Positions 27,134 through 31,102 of a stretch of 31,102 nt of DNA are shown here, one piece after another. The notes under the pieces were generated by a model. That model ran no database searches, was not told the origin of the DNA, and was given only the letters and a program-made list of their open reading frames with translations. The position numbers and the translations under genes are program-made. Origin of the DNA: Planctomycetota bacterium (GTDB lineage Bacteria > Planctomycetota > SZUA-567 > H5-PLA8); the NCBI GenBank assembly GCA_045863855.1, contig BTVV01000070.1:1-31102 (forward strand), read 5' to 3'. Positions within the stretch are counted from its first letter, which is position 1; the number at the start of each line of letters is the position of its first letter.

Positions 27134-30118
27134 TTATTGATCGTAGATCGTCTTCAGCGGCGCAAGTTCCTGGTCCGGATCTTCCATCTCGGTTCCGCCT
27201 TGGCCGGAGATGCGGATGCGGCTGAGCATCACCGCGTTGTCGTAGGTCCAGATCGCAATGTGCTTGCCGGTGAGCGGGTTGGGATCTTCGTACTCCAACG
27301 CGCCTTGGGGCATGTTATTGAAGTACTTGTCGACTCGGTAGCTGAGTTTATCGCCGCGCTTCTCGACGCGGATGTAAAACCAGTGCCGATGAATCTTCAT
27401 GCTCGTCGGGATGGTCACGTTCTCGCGCTTCACTTCGACTCCGTTGCGCAGAATCATCGTGGCCTGGTTTTCCTGGCCGCCGAACATGAACGTGTAGCCT
27501 TTGGTTAAGTCCTGGCCGTCGCTGCAGATGGTGAGGTTGATGTCGCGCGCGTACGTATACGGACGGCCGCGCTCGCCTTCCATCTTGCAGCCGACGAAGA
27601 ACTCTGCCGTCACGTCGCCGTCGTATAGTTTCTTGCTCCACAGCACCGCCGGCTTGCCTTTGGCGCGGTCGTTCTTGAGCGAGAAGAAGGACCAGCGCGG
27701 GTCGCACTGCCAGCGGTTGGCGACTTCGGCGATCGCGTAACCGGCCGTGCGCCAGGAGGTTGGAGCGTTGCTGAAGAACTCGTCGTGGAAGCGTTCGCTG
27801 ATGATCTTGGACGCCTCGATTTTGGCCAGCAAGCCCTTGGTGTAGTACGCGACCTTGGAACCTTCCAGCGGCTGCGGATCGCGCCAAGTTAAGTACGGCT
27901 TGCCGTTGATCTTACCGATCAGGAACGAGCCGGCGTGGCGCAGCGAGAGCGTCGAAAGCTCACGCACCTCGCCATCGGCCAGGATGCGTTCGGAGACCGT
28001 CTCGCCTTGTCGGACCAGCGAAAGGACCGTTCCTTTCTTGCCTTCGGCGGTGGTCATGCCCGCGCGGTAGCGGAAGACGTAGCCATTGTTGCGCCCCGAA
28101 CCGTCCTTGCCGACGGAGAGCGCCGCTTCGTGCTCCTCTTCAAGGATCTCGCGCGGCTCGATCACCAGTTCCACATCGCCGGGGAACTGGTTGGAATGCC
28201 AGTATAGGTTGACCGGGCGGCCGTCGACGATCAGCGGGCGCGCCGGGCGCATCCATTCTTCCTGCGAACTGGTCCACGCCTGCATCGTGTACTCGTCTTC
28301 GAAAATCGCGTTGGTGGTGACAAGGTTCTGCGCCGGTTCGAGGAAGGTGAGGCGGAAGCCGCGGAAGCGCACCGGTTGCGTGCCCGAGCCGTCGCCGGGC
28401 GCGGCCCACAAGCCCGCTCGGCCACGCAGAACGTCTTGCGTCTCAAAGCCTTCTACGGTTGTCCCGTCGGCGGCAGTGACGCGGATGTGATCGTCTTTAA
28501 TGGTGGCGTTGAGAGGGATAAAACTGTCGCGCGCCGCGGCTTCTTTGAGCTTGGCGCGGTCGAGCGGCTGGACTTGCCCGTTGGCGACGCGGATCAGTTC
28601 GAGCTGCCGGCCGTCGGTCCGGGCAATGAAGTGGTTGGATTCGTCGCGGTACAGGAAGACCAGCCCCGCTTGCCCAAGTCCGGGTTGCACCGAGGCTTGC
28701 AGATTGTACTGCGACCAGGAGCGGTTCCCGATCAGGCTCTTGGTCGACCACGAGCCCGGATCGACCACCAGATCGCCGGGTCGGCCGTCCTGCGCCGTCT
28801 CGACGTGCCAGCTTCCGGTGCCCACCAGCCAGCCGCGCGAGAGCGCGCCCGAGTGGCGGAAGTCGTCTTCGAAGCTGCTTACGGTGCTTACCTTTATGTC
28901 GTCGAAGGCGGCATGTTGGTTCATCAGGTCCCACAAGCTGTTGATCGCGAACGGCGCGGCTTTGGGATCGGCGGCGACCTGCTCGGGCAAGCGCACGTCG
29001 CACCAAAGCCCCACGCCGCCGGCGGCGAGGAACGGATCGCTCGCTTCGATCAGCGTATGTCCGTCGATATTCACCTGGACGCGCGCGTGAGTGACCAGCA
29101 AGTCGGCTTTGTACCACTGGTTAGGCAAATAACCGCCGGCCGCTTGGGCGACGACTTCTTCCTGCCCGTTGCGCACGCGGACCAGTTCGCGCTGCCCCGG
29201 GCCGGACGGCGTTCCGTCGGCATGCACCGGGCGCGCGGTCCAGCGGAAGAGCCCGTAGTTCAGTTCGTCCTGATATGCGATGACGAGCCCGATGCGCGCG
29301 TTTTCCGGGCCGCGGATCGCGCTCTGGAAGCGGTAGTTGCTCCACCAGTCGTGCCCGCTGACGTACATCGCGCCCTGACCGGCGCCCATGCAGGCGAACG
29401 CGTTGGCGCTTAAGAGCGGGTGGCGCAAGGACTTGATGTAGAAGTCGCCGCGTCCTTCGCCGCAGCGGACCTTGGCCCAGACCGAGGACGTGTTGTCCTC
29501 GCGCATGAAGTCGTCGGTGAAATGGATCTCGTCGCGCGCCTTGGCGTCGATGGTGAGCACTGCGCCTTCGTCTTGATTGCGCAGCCCGACAGTGCCGCCG
29601 AGGAGGCGGTCGTCGAAGGCCGACGCGAGCAGGTGGTTCGCGACGAAAAGCCCGCACAGCGAGCCGTGCCGCGCGACACGGATCGCGCCTGGAACTCCCG
29701 CCGGGAGCGTGGCTTGGACGAGCGACTGCTCGACGCCGCCTTCGCGCAAACCGAGCGACAACTGCATGCCTGCACGATCCAGGAAGTGGTAGTTCTCGTT
29801 GTCCTTACGGTCGAAGTAGAGGCGCCACTTGGAGGAATCGCCGCCGACGGTGAAATCGGCCCAGAAGTAGTGTGTGCCGCCGTCTTTACCGGCTTCGGCG
29901 CCGACGACGACCATCGGGCCGGGATCGGCCTGGAGCGGGGTCGGTTCGAGCTGCAAGTTTACGCTGGCCGGCGTAATCTTTTCCTGTCCCGTGACTTGCC
30001 CGCGCCACGCGCCGCTGAAAGCGATCCCGCTTACCGCCGCGGCCACGGCTAAAAGTCCCGCCGCTCCGCCCCGTGCCGCTCGTGTCATACGCACCTCATG
30101 CGTGATTGCCGAACTCAT
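27134..30118 (-). CDS. Large exported or membrane-anchored protein with about 5 tandem ConA/LamG/DUF1080-like beta-sandwich domains (994 aa)
   Basis: It has an N-terminal hydrophobic segment (alternative start ATG 30088). Repeated domain starts are FTDDF, FEDDF, FEDEY and FHDEF. Repeated domain ends are GGTVGL, GGVGLW..FDDIKV, GRAGLW..FRGFRL, GSKVAYY and GKHIAIW..SRIRI. Confidence 0.72.
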   Translation of the reverse strand: MSSAITHEVRMTRAARGGAAGLLAVAAAVSGIAFSGAWRGQVTGQEKITPASVNLQLEPTPLQADPGPMVVVGAEAGKDGGTHYFWADFTVGGDSSKWRLYFDRKDNENYHFLDRAGMQLSLGLREGGVEQSLVQATLPAGVPGAIRVARHGSLCGLFVANHLLASAFDDRLLGGTVGLRNQDEGAVLTIDAKARDEIHFTDDFMREDNTSSVWAKVRCGEGRGDFYIKSLRHPLLSANAFACMGAGQGAMYVSGHDWWSNYRFQSAIRGPENARIGLVIAYQDELNYGLFRWTARPVHADGTPSGPGQRELVRVRNGQEEVVAQAAGGYLPNQWYKADLLVTHARVQVNIDGHTLIEASDPFLAAGGVGLWCDVRLPEQVAADPKAAPFAINSLWDLMNQHAAFDDIKVSTVSSFEDDFRHSGALSRGWLVGTGSWHVETAQDGRPGDLVVDPGSWSTKSLIGNRSWSQYNLQASVQPGLGQAGLVFLYRDESNHFIARTDGRQLELIRVANGQVQPLDRAKLKEAAARDSFIPLNATIKDDHIRVTAADGTTVEGFETQDVLRGRAGLWAAPGDGSGTQPVRFRGFRLTFLEPAQNLVTTNAIFEDEYTMQAWTSSQEEWMRPARPLIVDGRPVNLYWHSNQFPGDVELVIEPREILEEEHEAALSVGKDGSGRNNGYVFRYRAGMTTAEGKKGTVLSLVRQGETVSERILADGEVRELSTLSLRHAGSFLIGKINGKPYLTWRDPQPLEGSKVAYYTKGLLAKIEASKIISERFHDEFFSNAPTSWRTAGYAIAEVANRWQCDPRWSFFSLKNDRAKGKPAVLWSKKLYDGDVTAEFFVGCKMEGERGRPYTYARDINLTICSDGQDLTKGYTFMFGGQENQATMILRNGVEVKRENVTIPTSMKIHRHWFYIRVEKRGDKLSYRVDKYFNNMPQGALEYEDPNPLTGKHIAIWTYDNAVMLSRIRISGQGGTEMEDPDQELAPLKTIYDQ

Positions 30119-30241
30119 GTTGAAGAAAGCACTTACACCGCCGTGAAAAGCTCGGTACTTCTAGAACAATGAACCGCTGCCAGAGTCAAAGGAACTCCTA
30201 ACTAATTTTACGCTTAGAGCCCCCGGTTGTGTTAAAGCGAA

Positions 30242-30368
30242 TGCTCCAAAGGGCGAGAAATCGAACTTTGTGGCGCTCATGTGCAGCGCCGTACGATCTC
30301 CACCTTTAGAAGACTCCTGAGCGTGTAGAGATTCCAACCATTTCGCCCTCCTAAGTTTAGTCGGAGCA
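30242..30368 (-). ncRNA. Possible structured RNA element of unknown class
   Basis: Four nested helices can be drawn by hand. Two contain G-U pairs that form only on the minus strand. It matches no RNA family I recognise. Confidence 0.25.
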
Positions 30369-30537
30369 AACGATTGGCCTGATGCCTTCAAATCCGAGGC
30401 GAAGCCGGAAGCTTTCGGGCGTGCTGCACACGTTCAGCCCTTCGTGCCGCATTCCGGACTAAGCGGATTCTCGTGGGTGCGTCCTTACATCTAGAAGGGT
30501 ACGATGGAGTTGGCGTGGGGTTGCTTTGGGGAATCGC

Positions 30538-31102
30538 ATGATGCGCGGGTTGAGCTTCGGAATCGCGGCGCTGCTGGCGGGCGTATGCGGCATTGCGTAT
30601 GCCGATACGGTCACGCTTACGGACGGATCGGTGCGCGAAGGTACGGTGGTGAAAGAAGATGCGGAGCACGTGACGCTGGAAGTGCGCGTCGGCGGGATGC
30701 GCGGGCGCGTCACGATTCCGCGGCACGAAGTCGCGGCGATTCGGAAGTCGGCTCCGGCGGAAGACTTAGTCGAAGCGCAAGCGGCGAAGCTGCGCGCGGC
30801 GGCGGAAGCGTTGACCGGCGCGGGCGCGGGCGATGCGTGGGTGGCGTTGGGCGATTTTTACGCCGAACGGACGGGCTATTCGGTGCAAGCGCGCGCGGCG
30901 TACGAACGCGCGATCGAAGCTCATACGGATCACGCAACCGCTCGCAAGGCGTTGGGTTACACGAAGACCGCAGCGGGCTGGGAAGCCTTGGACAGCGAGC
31001 GCCGCGCGCGCGGGCTGGTGCCGCTGGGCGAGGCGTGGGTGAAGCCGGCGGAACGCGCCTGGATCATCGACCGGCGGCACGAAGAAGAGACGGAGGAATT
31101 AC
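30538..31102 (+). CDS. Exported hypothetical protein (signal peptide, small beta domain, TPR-like helix pair), truncated by the window end
   Basis: Manual translation gives MMRGLSFGIAALLAGVCGIAYA-DTVTLTDGSVREGTVVKEDAEHVTLEV...AWVALGDFYAE...ARAAYERAIEAHTDHATARKALGY...GLVPLGEAWV. The frame stays open to the edge, so the ORF track omits it. Confidence 0.85.
   Translation, partial: MMRGLSFGIAALLAGVCGIAYADTVTLTDGSVREGTVVKEDAEHVTLEVRVGGMRGRVTIPRHEVAAIRKSAPAEDLVEAQAAKLRAAAEALTGAGAGDAWVALGDFYAERTGYSVQARAAYERAIEAHTDHATARKALGYTKTAAGWEALDSERRARGLVPLGEAWVKPAERAWIIDRRHEEETEEL

Noticed and set aside
30161..30391. 76-aa minus-strand ORF in the intergenic region
   Set aside because: It has atypical codon usage, no clear RBS and no motif. 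It is more likely non-coding, although a leader peptide cannot be excluded.

Overview
This is a GC-rich, gene-dense bacterial chromosomal window. Its protein families (PTPMT1-like phosphatase, PEGA/TPR proteins, large exported beta-propeller and HEAT proteins) suggest a Planctomycetota/PVC organism; this is inferred, not proven. From left to right it holds: a GT2 glycosyltransferase; a divergent dynamin-like GTPase; a lone LarA-family nickel-pincer racemase; a large exported HEAT-repeat protein, divergent from an operon of a GntR/LacI-hybrid regulator plus three exported beta-propeller proteins; a UPF0173 hydrolase-floA-yqfB-like operon; fxsA plus a PTPMT1-like phosphatase; a calcineurin-like metallophosphoesterase; a glycine cleavage cluster (gcvH-gcvPA-ybjQ-gcvPB-lipoate ligase, no gcvT); a three-gene operon of a multi-beta-sandwich protein and two paralogous membrane-anchored PEGA-TPR proteins, one with an 8-Cys zinc finger; a possible structured RNA; and a truncated exported protein missing from the ORF track. 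I saw no rRNA, tRNA, CRISPR array, transposase, integrase or phage gene. The best candidates for undescribed systems are the PEGA-TPR operon (23685-30118) and the GntR/beta-propeller locus (3896-14098). All family calls come from motif recognition by eye; no database searches were run.
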